Of a stretch of DNA of 64,000 nucleotides, positions 1 through 10,039 are shown piece by piece. A model generated the notes under the pieces. The model did not search any database, had not been told where the DNA came from, and saw only the letters and a program-made list of their open reading frames with translations. How positions within the stretch are numbered: the first letter of the stretch is position 1; the number at the start of each line of letters is the position of its first letter. The stretch is from Giardia intestinalis (Eukaryota). The DNA lies in NCBI GenBank assembly GCA_000002435.2, contig CM018791.1. One strand, given 5' to 3'. A program made the position numbers and the translations under genes.

Positions 1-13
1 AGAGAAGATTACC

Positions 14-1441
14 ATGCAAGATAAGACAGTGTGCATTGACGCTCACCCCAGCTACATCTCAGACAGCCAGGATCGTTTGCTGGTTGCTCAAAGTATCGTT
101 AACCGTCTAGCGTTCTCGCCTTCCTTTTTAGCCGTAACCAAAGACATTGATGCTGGTAGTGTTTCTGGATCTTTGGCAATGGAGTTGACAACCGCTCAAC
201 TAGCTGTAGTTCAAAGGTCTATTTTTGCTCTTTTTGGAGTGTCAGGAACAGTTGAGCTTTCTTTGCAGTACGACAGTATGCTTGCGTACGGAACACGCTC
301 ATTTTATGCCCCTGCGCTGATGCGGCTGTACTCCATTATCTTAGAGTATTCAGTTGCTCTTGCGCGTCTTGAAAGCATCTATAAGCACCACGGCGTATCA
401 TGGCAGCCGGACTTGGCCAAGGCATTATTTCTTGATGGCCTTTCTCGCATGCTGTCCTCATTTGGGTATGTGGATTGCTCTCTAGTGGTAACCATTGACG
501 AAGACCTCTGCACCAGAGGTGAAAATTCTGATGCCATAAGGGCTCTGCGTGCATTCAATACAGAACTGAGCTTAGATGTTAAGAAGCCTCTTGCAGCAGC
601 GTGCCTCCAGGCCAGTCGCTATGGACTCCTCACCTATGCGTCTCTTCTATTAGGATATCCTCCTTCAACGGAGCATACGTTATCTCTAGAGACCTCAGTC
701 ATCTGTGCCTATAAAACCGCGATTGAACGACTCTGCCGATGCTGTCTTTCAACGATTCTTGGAGGAAGCGTTCAGCCCAGCGAATCTCTTATAAATAAGT
801 CTGCCCATCTTCTTTCATTTGCCGCGGAACTACTGATCACAACATTTGTAGGCTGTCCCCTGTTGGAGCAGTATCTGAAGACACCACACGGACTGTGCAT
901 ATCCTTAATCGCACTAGTAAGTCAAGCTGTCGTTACAGCTCTCATCACAACCAGTGATCTTCGCCGCCCTCAAAGATCAACGGCCTGCAGCTTTCTCAGC
1001 TCGCTTTCCAGGTTCATGTTACACCTTGGCAGCACTGGGCCTAGATCGTTGGTATACTCCTGTCTTGGCGATAGAAGATATGACTCCAGCATGTACGTAT
1101 CTGCTGTGCCGTCATCATCGGAGCACGAAGAGATGTGTGTGGCGTATGAAACATATGGTGACACATATTACCTTCAGACGTGTATCCCGCTAATTGTCTT
1201 AGGTATAGCAGTAAAGCGCCAAAGGGCACTCGCAGCATTCTACAGCACTAAGGGGATTGATTCACTCACTGAGCTAATAAAGGTCGAACAACAGGGCAAG
1301 GATGCACATAGATTATTCATGCCCGGGGACCTGTCGGCCATCATCAGAACGTCTTTAGAAGATGACAATGAGGCTTCTGAGGCGGCAACTCAGGAGCTTA
1401 TCTCATTCATCAAGTCCGGGGCATTTATATGGAGTGCATAG
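14..1441 (+). CDS. hypothetical protein (475 aa)
   Basis: ATG at 14 opens a 476-codon ORF that converges on the next gene (stops 3 nt apart). No recognisable motifs. Only 13 nt of upstream sequence are visible, so the true start may lie outside the window. Confidence 0.45.
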   Translation: MQDKTVCIDAHPSYISDSQDRLLVAQSIVNRLAFSPSFLAVTKDIDAGSVSGSLAMELTTAQLAVVQRSIFALFGVSGTVELSLQYDSMLAYGTRSFYAPALMRLYSIILEYSVALARLESIYKHHGVSWQPDLAKALFLDGLSRMLSSFGYVDCSLVVTIDEDLCTRGENSDAIRALRAFNTELSLDVKKPLAAACLQASRYGLLTYASLLLGYPPSTEHTLSLETSVICAYKTAIERLCRCCLSTILGGSVQPSESLINKSAHLLSFAAELLITTFVGCPLLEQYLKTPHGLCISLIALVSQAVVTALITTSDLRRPQRSTACSFLSSLSRFMLHLGSTGPRSLVYSCLGDRRYDSSMYVSAVPSSSEHEEMCVAYETYGDTYYLQTCIPLIVLGIAVKRQRALAAFYSTKGIDSLTELIKVEQQGKDAHRLFMPGDLSAIIRTSLEDDNEASEAATQELISFIKSGAFIWSA

Positions 1442-1443
1442 GA

Positions 1444-2454
1444 TCAGGCCTTCGCCACATACTGCGGCTGCTCCTTGCAGTACCGCTTCAAGCCAAAAAA
1501 CTCCTTAGGTCTGTATTTTCTGTCTACGTCGTCGACAAACTTAGTTATCTGATTCCATGTGTTCAGACTGAGAGAAGGTTTCTCTTTAGCAAAGACAGTA
1601 CTTTTTACTACACCACTGTTAAATTTGTGCAGGGCTTTTAAAAGGCCCTGCAGAACTGCCTCTATGTGGAAGACATGTGCTTTGCTGATGTCTTCTGATA
1701 TGTTTACGTCGCGAACTCTGTCCAGGACAACCTGGATCAATACATATTCATACCTTTTACCAGTGCATGCGTGTATAATGAGGAAAAAGTATACTATCGC
1801 CGAGATGAGGTCATAGTATCTTTCGTTTTTCTTGGCCTCTTCGGTGGTAACAAACACACGCAGCAGCTCACGTATTTTCGTACGCTTCTCCGACTCAGAT
1901 TCGTAAAGGCCCAGAATGTAAGGACACATCATAACCATAGTGATATGGAAGATTACGTATATCTGGGGATCGTTCTCTATCTGTCTTTGAAAGAGGGTTT
2001 GCAACTCCTTGCAGAAATTATCACTTGGATCTTCATCTATGAACGGGTACACCTCCCACACGTATCCCAGGAGCTGCTGAACAAACACAAACGCAGGGAT
2101 GTTACAGGATCTACCGCTAGACTGTGCATTTCTGTGTTCACGAAGTATTTCCCTAAAGGTGTTCTCATTTTCTGCAGAGGCCAATCTATTGAACGTTTTC
2201 TTCAGCAACCCTAGATACCGTAAACCCCTTTCGAGATCTTTGCGGGTGTCGGGACCAGCGACGTCCTGTTCCGGTGCTAGGTAACCCCGTATGCTCTGAG
2301 AAATTCCTTGATAAAGAGGAGATCCAATGTGAAAGGCATTTCTGTAAATAGTTGCCGGGCTGGAATCCTCGTATTCAGTGGGTGGCTCGATTGCAGCTAG
2401 TGCCTCTGCTGGTTGCATAATCTCTTCGGCGTTCATCCGGAGATCAAGGTCCAT
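1444..2454 (-). CDS. hypothetical protein (336 aa)
   Basis: ATG at 2454..2452 is preceded on the coding strand by the AT-rich stretch 'taagctaaaaagttacagcggg'. The long ORF carries no conserved motif I can name. Confidence 0.5.
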   Translation of the reverse strand: MDLDLRMNAEEIMQPAEALAAIEPPTEYEDSSPATIYRNAFHIGSPLYQGISQSIRGYLAPEQDVAGPDTRKDLERGLRYLGLLKKTFNRLASAENENTFREILREHRNAQSSGRSCNIPAFVFVQQLLGYVWEVYPFIDEDPSDNFCKELQTLFQRQIENDPQIYVIFHITMVMMCPYILGLYESESEKRTKIRELLRVFVTTEEAKKNERYYDLISAIVYFFLIIHACTGKRYEYVLIQVVLDRVRDVNISEDISKAHVFHIEAVLQGLLKALHKFNSGVVKSTVFAKEKPSLSLNTWNQITKFVDDVDRKYRPKEFFGLKRYCKEQPQYVAKA

Positions 2455-2514
2455 GCCCGCTGTAACTTTTTAGCTTAACCGGACCACCAGACACAGTTGA
2501 GGACAAAAGCGGAT

Positions 2515-3405
2515 TCACTCTACGTCTGCATAGTGGAAGCCCTCGTGCTCTATGCCACACTCGTCGCCGCCGCGAACGATTCTAAAGTAGCCGTCCTCAC
2601 CCCAGTCAGGGCCCCAGGAGTTGCGGACAGTCCAGTAGTCGAGGCCGGAGTCTGTCACGCCATACCCAATTATCTCTACGGCGTGGCCGCCAAGCCAGAG
2701 CCCCCACCTGTGCTGGTAAACACCGCTCTTGTAATACATGAAGTCCTGCGCGACGTTGAAGGTCGCTACAACGGGGCCGTGAGCGAGAAGGACGTCGATT
2801 GCAGACCCGGACTTCGACCCGCTAGTGGCGACGACGTTCTCCACAGCGGATCCGTCGTCGCACTTCTGGGGGCAAAACTTGACGACAGCATCGTCTCCGG
2901 CCGTGTACCCCACGCAGCTAGCCAGAACAGTCCCCGTGTTGTGGAGGAAATTGAAGGCGTTCACTGGCTCGCCGCCGTTGCAGCCGTGGTCCTTGCGGTC
3001 GCAGTCAAGCACGTACTGAACCGAGTAGCTAACGCCCGTGGCATCCAACCCGCTCCTGCAGCGGTGATCTGCGAAGGTCTGGACGGAGGAGAAGGCCCAG
3101 CAGGATCCGCAGTTGCCCTGATCAACGACCTCTGTGATGCAGTGAGGATACTCGTCGCGGAAGTCATAACTCTCCGGGGCCCCAACAGGAGGCGTGGTGC
3201 TGCGCCTCATGGTAATTGCAGGTCTGGACGTGTCAACAAGGGGACCGAACATAGCCTTGACCTCGTCCAGGGACTTGCCCATAAAACGCTTCGGAAGCTC
3301 CGGGACCCAGGTGAGACCATCGAGCGCCTTAATTGTGTGGAGATCGGCGTGGGAGACAGCCGGAGCGGCAAGAACTGCACCTAGCAAAAGAGAAGCCCCT
3401 ATCAT
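2515..3405 (-). CDS. cathepsin B-like cysteine protease (papain family C1), 296 aa
   Basis: Catalytic Cys motif QGNCGSCWAFS, His motif GGHAVEIIGYG and Asn motif NSWGPDWGEDGYFRI are all present. The start was re-called at the ATG at 3405 because MIGASLLLGAVLAAPAVSHA is a typical signal peptide and 'aaaatcgaaattaaa' lies immediately upstream. The ORF-track extension up to 3597 is judged non-coding. Confidence 0.85.
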   Translation of the reverse strand: MIGASLLLGAVLAAPAVSHADLHTIKALDGLTWVPELPKRFMGKSLDEVKAMFGPLVDTSRPAITMRRSTTPPVGAPESYDFRDEYPHCITEVVDQGNCGSCWAFSSVQTFADHRCRSGLDATGVSYSVQYVLDCDRKDHGCNGGEPVNAFNFLHNTGTVLASCVGYTAGDDAVVKFCPQKCDDGSAVENVVATSGSKSGSAIDVLLAHGPVVATFNVAQDFMYYKSGVYQHRWGLWLGGHAVEIIGYGVTDSGLDYWTVRNSWGPDWGEDGYFRIVRGGDECGIEHEGFHYADVE

Positions 3406-3440
3406 TTTAATTTCGATTTTGCCCGTTTGTGTGTACAGGC
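3406..3440 (-). promoter_or_regulatory. AT-rich initiator region upstream of the cathepsin B ATG
   Basis: The sequence 'gggcaaaatcgaaattaaaATG' is a Giardia-type short AT-rich promoter abutting the start codon. Confidence 0.5.
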
Positions 3441-3759
3441 AAGTATGACAGGTACGTGACTTTTCTACAAATCGTTGTCTGCTTGATGCACTGAGAGGTA
3501 GCGCGGACAAAGATCTAGCTCTGCAAGCTGTTCTGAGCCAAGAGATAGTGATAAAGACTTTAGCTAAAAGCATGTTTGGCTCAATCAATGCATCCATAAC
3601 TGGTGAGAAACTATAAATACCTGCTAGAATACCTTCATATAGAAATATCTATTTAACGAGATAGAATGAATGAGACAGCGGTTTCTTCACTTGCCTGAAA
3701 ACATGCTGCACAGTTACCGATATAACGTGATGCTAGACCGAAGAAGCCAGTGATAAAAA

Positions 3760-4890
3760 ATGTCCAGTCATGATCCGCTGACTCCGACCATTCTCCAGCT
3801 CCACGCGGAACAAGCTAACTATACAGTCAATGGAATTGCCTGGATTCCTCAGTCTGCCAGATTGCTCACCGTTGGAATGACTTCGAGAGGCACAGGGCCT
3901 GTTTCCATCTGGGAGATGAAGAACCAGAAGCTGTCTGTACAATCATCGTGCGAGCATGTGCACGCTGTTAAATGTGTGAGTTTCGGGGCATCAATTAGCC
4001 CGAAGCGGGAGTTCGCCATCGGAGACCATAATGGGGGGTTGGGCGTGTTTGATATTGAGCGTCTCAAAACCCCCATCTTCGCTGCCAAGGCTCATGATGG
4101 AATGGTGCATTGTCTTGACGCGTTTGGTGGGAAGAATCCTGCCGCATATGGCGCCCCAGAAATCGTCACGGGCGGTTCTGATGGCGTTGTCAACGTATGG
4201 GACATAAGGCACCCCACGCCTGTTGTGCGCCTTCGTCCCAACTTGGAGTCTGCTTTGGATGTCGGTTACAAGGATGAAGGCTATGTACGGGTTTATCCAG
4301 AATGCTGGGCCGTATCTTTTGGAGGAGCTTCCTCGCCTACCCATAGATATATCGCCATGGGATATGATAACGGTGATTTGAAGGTTCTTGATTTGCGCGA
4401 GCAGCGTTTAATATACGAGCAGCACTTCCCTAACGGGATTGTTGGGATAGACTACGATAGGCCAGATATCGCTCCCAACAAACTTGTAGCTTCAACCTTA
4501 CAAGGACATGCGTACATAATTGATCAGCGAACATTCCACCAAACGGAGCACTATGCACTGCTAGATTATAAGCCATTTGGTGCTGACTCAACGGCGACTC
4601 TCTGGCGTGTGAGTCACTCCCCGTCATCTCGAGACGTTTTCGTAACTTGTGGTGGGGGACGTTTAGCCCTCTGTAAGTACGAGCCCCCTGCTGAACGCAC
4701 CCGTAAGCTTGAAGACGGCAGTGAGGTCGGCGTAATGGGAACCTGTAAAACAATATGCGACATTCCTGTCAGCCAACAAACTATCACAACCCTATGTTGG
4801 AATAGAGAGAAGCATGGATTGCTAGGATGGAGCGGTGTCGACCAGACTGTCAGTGTAGGCTTTGTCACTAACCTTAGTTCTCTCGAATAA
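3760..4890 (+). CDS. WD40-repeat protein (376 aa)
   Basis: ATG at 3760 is preceded by 'gtgataaaaaa'. WD-repeat signatures GGSDGVVNVWDIRH and GYDNGDLKVLDLRE are present. Confidence 0.7.
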   Translation: MSSHDPLTPTILQLHAEQANYTVNGIAWIPQSARLLTVGMTSRGTGPVSIWEMKNQKLSVQSSCEHVHAVKCVSFGASISPKREFAIGDHNGGLGVFDIERLKTPIFAAKAHDGMVHCLDAFGGKNPAAYGAPEIVTGGSDGVVNVWDIRHPTPVVRLRPNLESALDVGYKDEGYVRVYPECWAVSFGGASSPTHRYIAMGYDNGDLKVLDLREQRLIYEQHFPNGIVGIDYDRPDIAPNKLVASTLQGHAYIIDQRTFHQTEHYALLDYKPFGADSTATLWRVSHSPSSRDVFVTCGGGRLALCKYEPPAERTRKLEDGSEVGVMGTCKTICDIPVSQQTITTLCWNREKHGLLGWSGVDQTVSVGFVTNLSSLE

Positions 4891-7262
4891 GTCATATATT
4901 GCTGAGTCTTTTACCTGAAAGTGTGTCAGGACCCGCACGAGTAAATCGCAGGGCATCCGGCGTGGCAGGGCGCCACCCTTCGGGGGCTCGTCCTCAAGGG
5001 GCGGCCATAGCGGGATTGACGCCCTGACCGTCGAGTCTGTGCAGGAGCTGATAGCGTCATTCAAATGGCCTTCAGGCCTGGGAAGCCCCCTCTGGCCACC
5101 GTGTGCGAGATGCCTTGTCGCACAGTGCAGGCGCGTGATAGCAGCTGACAGAGCCGGCGCAAGTTGCAGCCGAGCTGTGGCTCTTGCGCCTCTCCGAAGC
5201 AGGGCGACAGTGTCTAGAAGGCGCGAGGTTCCCGCGGTTCATCTGGAGCCAGCCTTCCCCGCGGGTGCCGGAGGCTACTCCAAGCCAGCCGGGGGTGTCA
5301 CAGAACAAGCATCTTGAGGGCTCCCTAGGTGCAGTGGCAAAGGGACATCCACTGCTTCTTCGCCAGCGGCTTGCCCGGTGGACCACAGGGCCTCCTAGGC
5401 CGCCAAGCGCGAACACAGCTGCGATGAGTGGCTACTGTACGCCATTGTAACACGAGGTAGATGTGCAGGACGTCAGAGGCGTGCTGAGGAAGGCCTCTTT
5501 GTTCTTTGGCTTTCTATGCAGCTGTCCCTGGTAAGGATGTTGAGCCCATGCTCACAAGTCACGGCCCCTTTGAGAGTGACCAAAGCTGGTACTCAAACAG
5601 AGATAGATGGCTGCCTTGCAGATCTCGAATCGCTGCGCATGCCGGCCCAGAGAGGCCCCGATCAGCCCGTCACTAGGGACGAGGATCTCAGCATAGAAAT
5701 CGCCAAAGCCTCCCGCGCCTCGGATGGACCCAGGCGATGGTAATACGGGGTTGAGGGCCCCGCTACACCCAGGCAGACTAAGCACTGCCTCTGAGCATGA
5801 CATCAGGTCAGGGCCCTGTCGCAGATAGAGGGGCGAGGGTAGAAGCCAGCCGAGGCGGAGCAGCTGCATAGACGGGAGCGCAGGTTATTATGGCAGCAGA
5901 CTTCCACAGACGAGGGAGCCCGCGCTCTACTCCAGGATGAAACAGCGACGCCCCAGAGTGCGGCCCCGAACCATGCTGCACCCCTCCTTTTGTGGCGCAG
6001 GAAGACTGCATGCACTTCAACCACGATGCACCCGGCCTTGAATACTGTGCGGAAAGACGGGCGGCCAGTGCGATTCATGCGACGCAAGGAAGATGCCTCG
6101 CCTTCTGGTGCCCTACAATGCGGGGAACATAGCCCTCTGCGCACGGGCTGCCTGCTTAAGGACGGCAAGCACATGGAGCCAGGCGAGAAGAACCGGGCCT
6201 TGATAGCGGCACGGCTGTCTTCAAGGGAAGGGTGATCTCTTGTCTCTTTAAGCAAGACGTGCTGGATCGCACAAGCTTGCGATTGGGTGAGGAAGGCTTC
6301 TGCATGCAACTCTCCGACGCAGCCCAACTGCAAACAGGCGGCAGCGAAAGGACCACGGGTTCCAGTCGTGCAGAAAGAGGATGCGCCTTTCCGAGGTTAC
6401 ACGTAGCCATCGGGCGGGGGCGTTCTCTGCAGATGCTACGTGCTATGTAGGGTCGTGTCGAACCGAAGGACCACTCTTAGATGAGCCAGACCAAGGTGCC
6501 CCCACCCACGCGAGACGGGCCTGTCAAATATATGGCATGCCTGCGAAAGCGAGTGCTGACAGACGGGGGCCTTGGGGGTAGATCTGGCATCCTAGCCCAG
6601 AGAGTGAACGAGGGCGGCCCGCGATACTTGTCCAGCTGAAGTGTGAACGCTATGATGTCTTAGGTTGGACAAGCGGTTCTTAGTGCCTCCCTGAGAGGCT
6701 GTCGAGGAGGCGCTTTTGGATGAGGGGACGGCCCCAGCCAGGCAGACGTGATCACAGAAGAAGGGGCGCTGGAAGCCGGAACAGTAGCTGACGACTGCGT
6801 GTCTGCGCAGTGCAGTGCCCACTGCTGTCAGCCGGCACACGGCGGTCGTCAGGACGCAGAGCTGCAGAGTGCTGGAGGCGCCGGGCGAGGCCAGCCTCGC
6901 TCATGGGATAGTGGCTGCCTGAGCCCCGCAATCCTGCAAGTCTCTGGACGATGGCAACAAGAGGCTTTCTGTGGCACGCGTCTGTCAGGATGGCGCACTC
7001 TGGCCAGACTAATAGTGATGGGATCCAGGACCCAAAAAAGCAATCTGCCTGGATGGCGGTGTGCATCCCAGAGTCGGCGCCGTCTCTCGTGTCCGGCCCT
7101 GTGCCACTTCACGAACATCACGATCGCTGTGTCCCCCACGATGGTCACTCAGACAATCAGACAGATTACAGGATACGATAGCTATGGGTGTCAAGGGCCA
7201 CGAGCACTGGTGACTCTTCTCTGTATTCCGGTAGGACCTTGTAAGAGCATAGCGGTAGACGC

Positions 7263-7269
7263 GTTTACT
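7263..7269 (-). terminator. Giardia polyadenylation signal AGTAAAC, 12 nt downstream of the VSP stop
   Basis: Matches the AGTRAAY consensus. It is mirrored at 17662..17668. Confidence 0.7.
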
Positions 7270-7281
7270 ACCTAAGTACAT

Positions 7282-9381
7282 CTACGCTTTGCCTCTGCAG
7301 ATGAACCACCAGCAGAGGAAGCCAACGAGACCCCCAACGACGACGATGACTGCGACGGAGATGCCGGCTATGGCACCTGTGCTGAGCCCGCTCTTGTTCG
7401 TGCTTCCGCCAGTATTGTCGCCGGTATTATCATCCGTTTCGAAACATATGAACTTGCCGTTAACAGGTGTCGCGCACTGCCTGCATCCAGCCAGCCCCTC
7501 GGAGCACTTTCTGCACGGCCCATTACTGCTACTCTCCTTGTAATATCCAGGAGCACATACCTTGCATGTAGTAGCACCGGCTTCGCAGGTGTAGCAACTT
7601 TCGTGGCATTTCGTGCAGGCACTGCCAACCTTCACATATCCGTCCATACACCTAGAACAGTCCTTAGTGGTGGTGCATTCAGCGCACCCAGTGTAGCAAG
7701 TCACAAGGCTCTCGCCTGTCAGGCTAAATCCTTCTTCCGGAGTCTTGCAGATTCCGCCTGTACTCTGCGCACTCAAGCACACTGTCGACCCCGGAAGCTG
7801 GCTGGTGGAGTAGCAGCCGCCGTTCATCTTGAAGAAGCCGTCTGCGCAGACATTGCACACGCCACCGGTAATGCTTCCATCTTTGCACTTATCTGTGCGA
7901 CTGGCTTTAACAGCACAGACGCCGTTCTGGGGATACTCGTTGTTTTGACTACAGACAGAGCAGTATTTTGTCCCCTCAACAGTCAGACCGCACTCCCTGC
8001 ACTTGCCTGTGCCTGTGCCCGCCGCGCACTCGGCCCCACATGTGCCAGTGTTTCCTGTGGATCCGTAGGTGAGCGTGCTTCCAGACTTACAGCTTGTGCA
8101 ATCATTGGCAGTATTTCCGCTACATGTCTTACAGCTGGAATCGCAAGGGGAGCACGCTTCGCCGTAGAAGCCGTCCTTACAGAGACCGCACCCGCCATTT
8201 TCACTGCACGCGAGACAGTTGGCGACCTCGCACTTCTTGCAGACCCTCTTGTTGCCCTCTGTGCTACTGTAGTAGCCTAGAATATATTCGCAGTGGTCTA
8301 TGCACTGGTTTGTTGGCGTCAGATACTTGTTGGACAGACATTCGGTGCAGATCTCTTTGTTTGTTTGTGCACCACTGCATGCCTTACAATCCTGAGTACT
8401 GCATGGATTTGAAGGGGAATCATTTGGCACGCATTGTGTTTCTTCTTCGTTAAGCTTAAATCCATCATTGCACGTGCAAGTATTCTCGGTCTTGGCTTCT
8501 GAGTTATCAGGGCAGCTACTAATGCACGACTTCTTTCCGAGTCCAAATACCATATTTTCCTTGCACGCTGTGCAGGTAACGGAGGTGTCACTTTTGGTGC
8601 ATGTTTTGCAGTTCTCAAACGTTCCTGCCGTGCACGGCTTGCAACTCTTAGGCTCGGTATCATCTGGGTAGAGGGTAGAATCGGTGGAGCATTGATTTCC
8701 TTCTACACATATCCCCGTTAGACTACCGCTTTCCTTCTTTAAATACATCTTACTGGTAGCCTTGCACTTGCTGCACTTCTTTGTGGTTGTCGCCTCTGTA
8801 CATGTAGCGCAGTTCTCGTCGCCGCAAGCTATGCAGGTCGTAGTGCCTGCGCCGAAATAGCCTTCATCACACGCGGTGCATGTAGCAGGGCCAGTATTGC
8901 TTGGAGGATTACATGTTTTACATTGATCTACACCTTGATATTGATCTGCCCCCGTCGTGTCATTACAGGAGATGCACGATTGCTTATTAGCGGCTGCCAC
9001 TGGACTCTTAAAGAATCCTTCCACGCAATCCTTGCAGACTCCTGTTACTTTACCAACTGTCGCCCCTCCTGCTGGGTCGGCACAGATAAGCCCGCCCAAT
9101 TCGCCAGCAAATTCATAACATCCGCCCTTGTACATGAAGTATCCATCGCCGCAAGAGCCACACTTTCCTTGAGCAGGGGAAGCGCATTTAGCAGCTGCTT
9201 GGTCAGTCCCTGCTGGTACACATTCTCCATCAATAAGGTGGTCTGTTTCGGTTTTACACTGTGTGCAAACTTCCGTTTTGCCAATCATATCACACTCACC
9301 ATCTTTACACTTACTTGCAGTTGGCCCACTGCACGATGCTGCAAGAGCACTTATCAAAAGGCAGGGAGCTAGTAGCAACAT
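7282..9381 (-). CDS. vsp: variant-specific surface protein (VSP), 699 aa, copy L
   Basis: Signal peptide MLLLAPCLLISALAAS; more than 40 CXXC motifs; GGCY motifs; one C-terminal transmembrane helix; invariant CRGKA tail. The start is set at the ATG at 9381, because the ORF-track start at 9468 is a TTG. Confidence 0.92.
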   Translation of the reverse strand: MLLLAPCLLISALAASCSGPTASKCKDGECDMIGKTEVCTQCKTETDHLIDGECVPAGTDQAAAKCASPAQGKCGSCGDGYFMYKGGCYEFAGELGGLICADPAGGATVGKVTGVCKDCVEGFFKSPVAAANKQSCISCNDTTGADQYQGVDQCKTCNPPSNTGPATCTACDEGYFGAGTTTCIACGDENCATCTEATTTKKCSKCKATSKMYLKKESGSLTGICVEGNQCSTDSTLYPDDTEPKSCKPCTAGTFENCKTCTKSDTSVTCTACKENMVFGLGKKSCISSCPDNSEAKTENTCTCNDGFKLNEEETQCVPNDSPSNPCSTQDCKACSGAQTNKEICTECLSNKYLTPTNQCIDHCEYILGYYSSTEGNKRVCKKCEVANCLACSENGGCGLCKDGFYGEACSPCDSSCKTCSGNTANDCTSCKSGSTLTYGSTGNTGTCGAECAAGTGTGKCRECGLTVEGTKYCSVCSQNNEYPQNGVCAVKASRTDKCKDGSITGGVCNVCADGFFKMNGGCYSTSQLPGSTVCLSAQSTGGICKTPEEGFSLTGESLVTCYTGCAECTTTKDCSRCMDGYVKVGSACTKCHESCYTCEAGATTCKVCAPGYYKESSSNGPCRKCSEGLAGCRQCATPVNGKFICFETDDNTGDNTGGSTNKSGLSTGAIAGISVAVIVVVGGLVGFLCWWFICRGKA

Positions 9382-10039
9382 TGTGGCTCTGCTCAGATTG
9401 TTAGGTACATGCGAATGGGGAACCATTCGTAACCTGACCTCTAGCCATCCAATGCTAGAGCTTACCAATCCAGTAGCATAGCAATTACTTTAGGAATGCT
9501 GATCTATTTATAGAGTACATCACACAAAATAACTATATGACGTTTACTTAGGTAGCCGATGCATCAGTTATCGTATCATTATAGATTTATAGGTTGCACC
9601 ATAAAAGTTATGCGCAAACCTCCACATAGATGCCTAAGGCCACAAGTCGAAGACGAAAGGCAGAAGCTAAAAAGCAATTCCCCGTGACTCTTGACCCCCA
9701 CTTTTGCACCGTCCCCATTCGATGCAGGATGCCTCATCATCCTGTCCTTTCAAGTCTCTATGCGTGATCCGTGGCCTTGTGTTCCGCACTGTGCCTTGCA
9801 TCCTGGTAGTCACCTCCACCGGGTCCTTGCCAGCGGGACCGACGGTCTCACAGCGATCGCGTATGACAGAGCAGTCACCATCTGATGTGCGAGCCCTGTG
9901 ATAGGCCGTGATGTTGGAAGGCGACATCGGTCAAAGAGGAGGCATAGCCACACATTACGAGCCACGATGACATGACACATTGCATAGCATCGTGATATAT
10001 GCGTGCATAACCGGTACACCAATAGGCATAGAAACAGCA

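Noticed and set aside
2497-3384. 295-aa plus-strand ORF lying entirely antisense to the cathepsin B gene
   Set aside because: It has no start context and no motifs. A GC-rich coding strand commonly leaves the antisense frame open. The cathepsin B call on the minus strand is unambiguous.
4917-7281. Possibility that the GC-rich spacer is rDNA or a degraded VSP
   Set aside because: I saw no similarity to the Giardia SSU/LSU rRNA sequence as I recall it, and no CXXC periodicity in any frame. It is left as unexplained in the findings.
9382-9468. N-terminal extensions in the ORF track: VSP to 9468 (and from 15463), PLK to 27711, cathepsin B to 3597, ankyrin to 40982, SAM-protein to 28358, and the giant gene's 'start' at 63777
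   Set aside because: The ORF track uses TTG, GTG and CTG as starts. Each extension begins with a non-ATG codon and lacks the AT-rich initiator. The downstream ATGs have signal peptides or AT-rich upstream regions.
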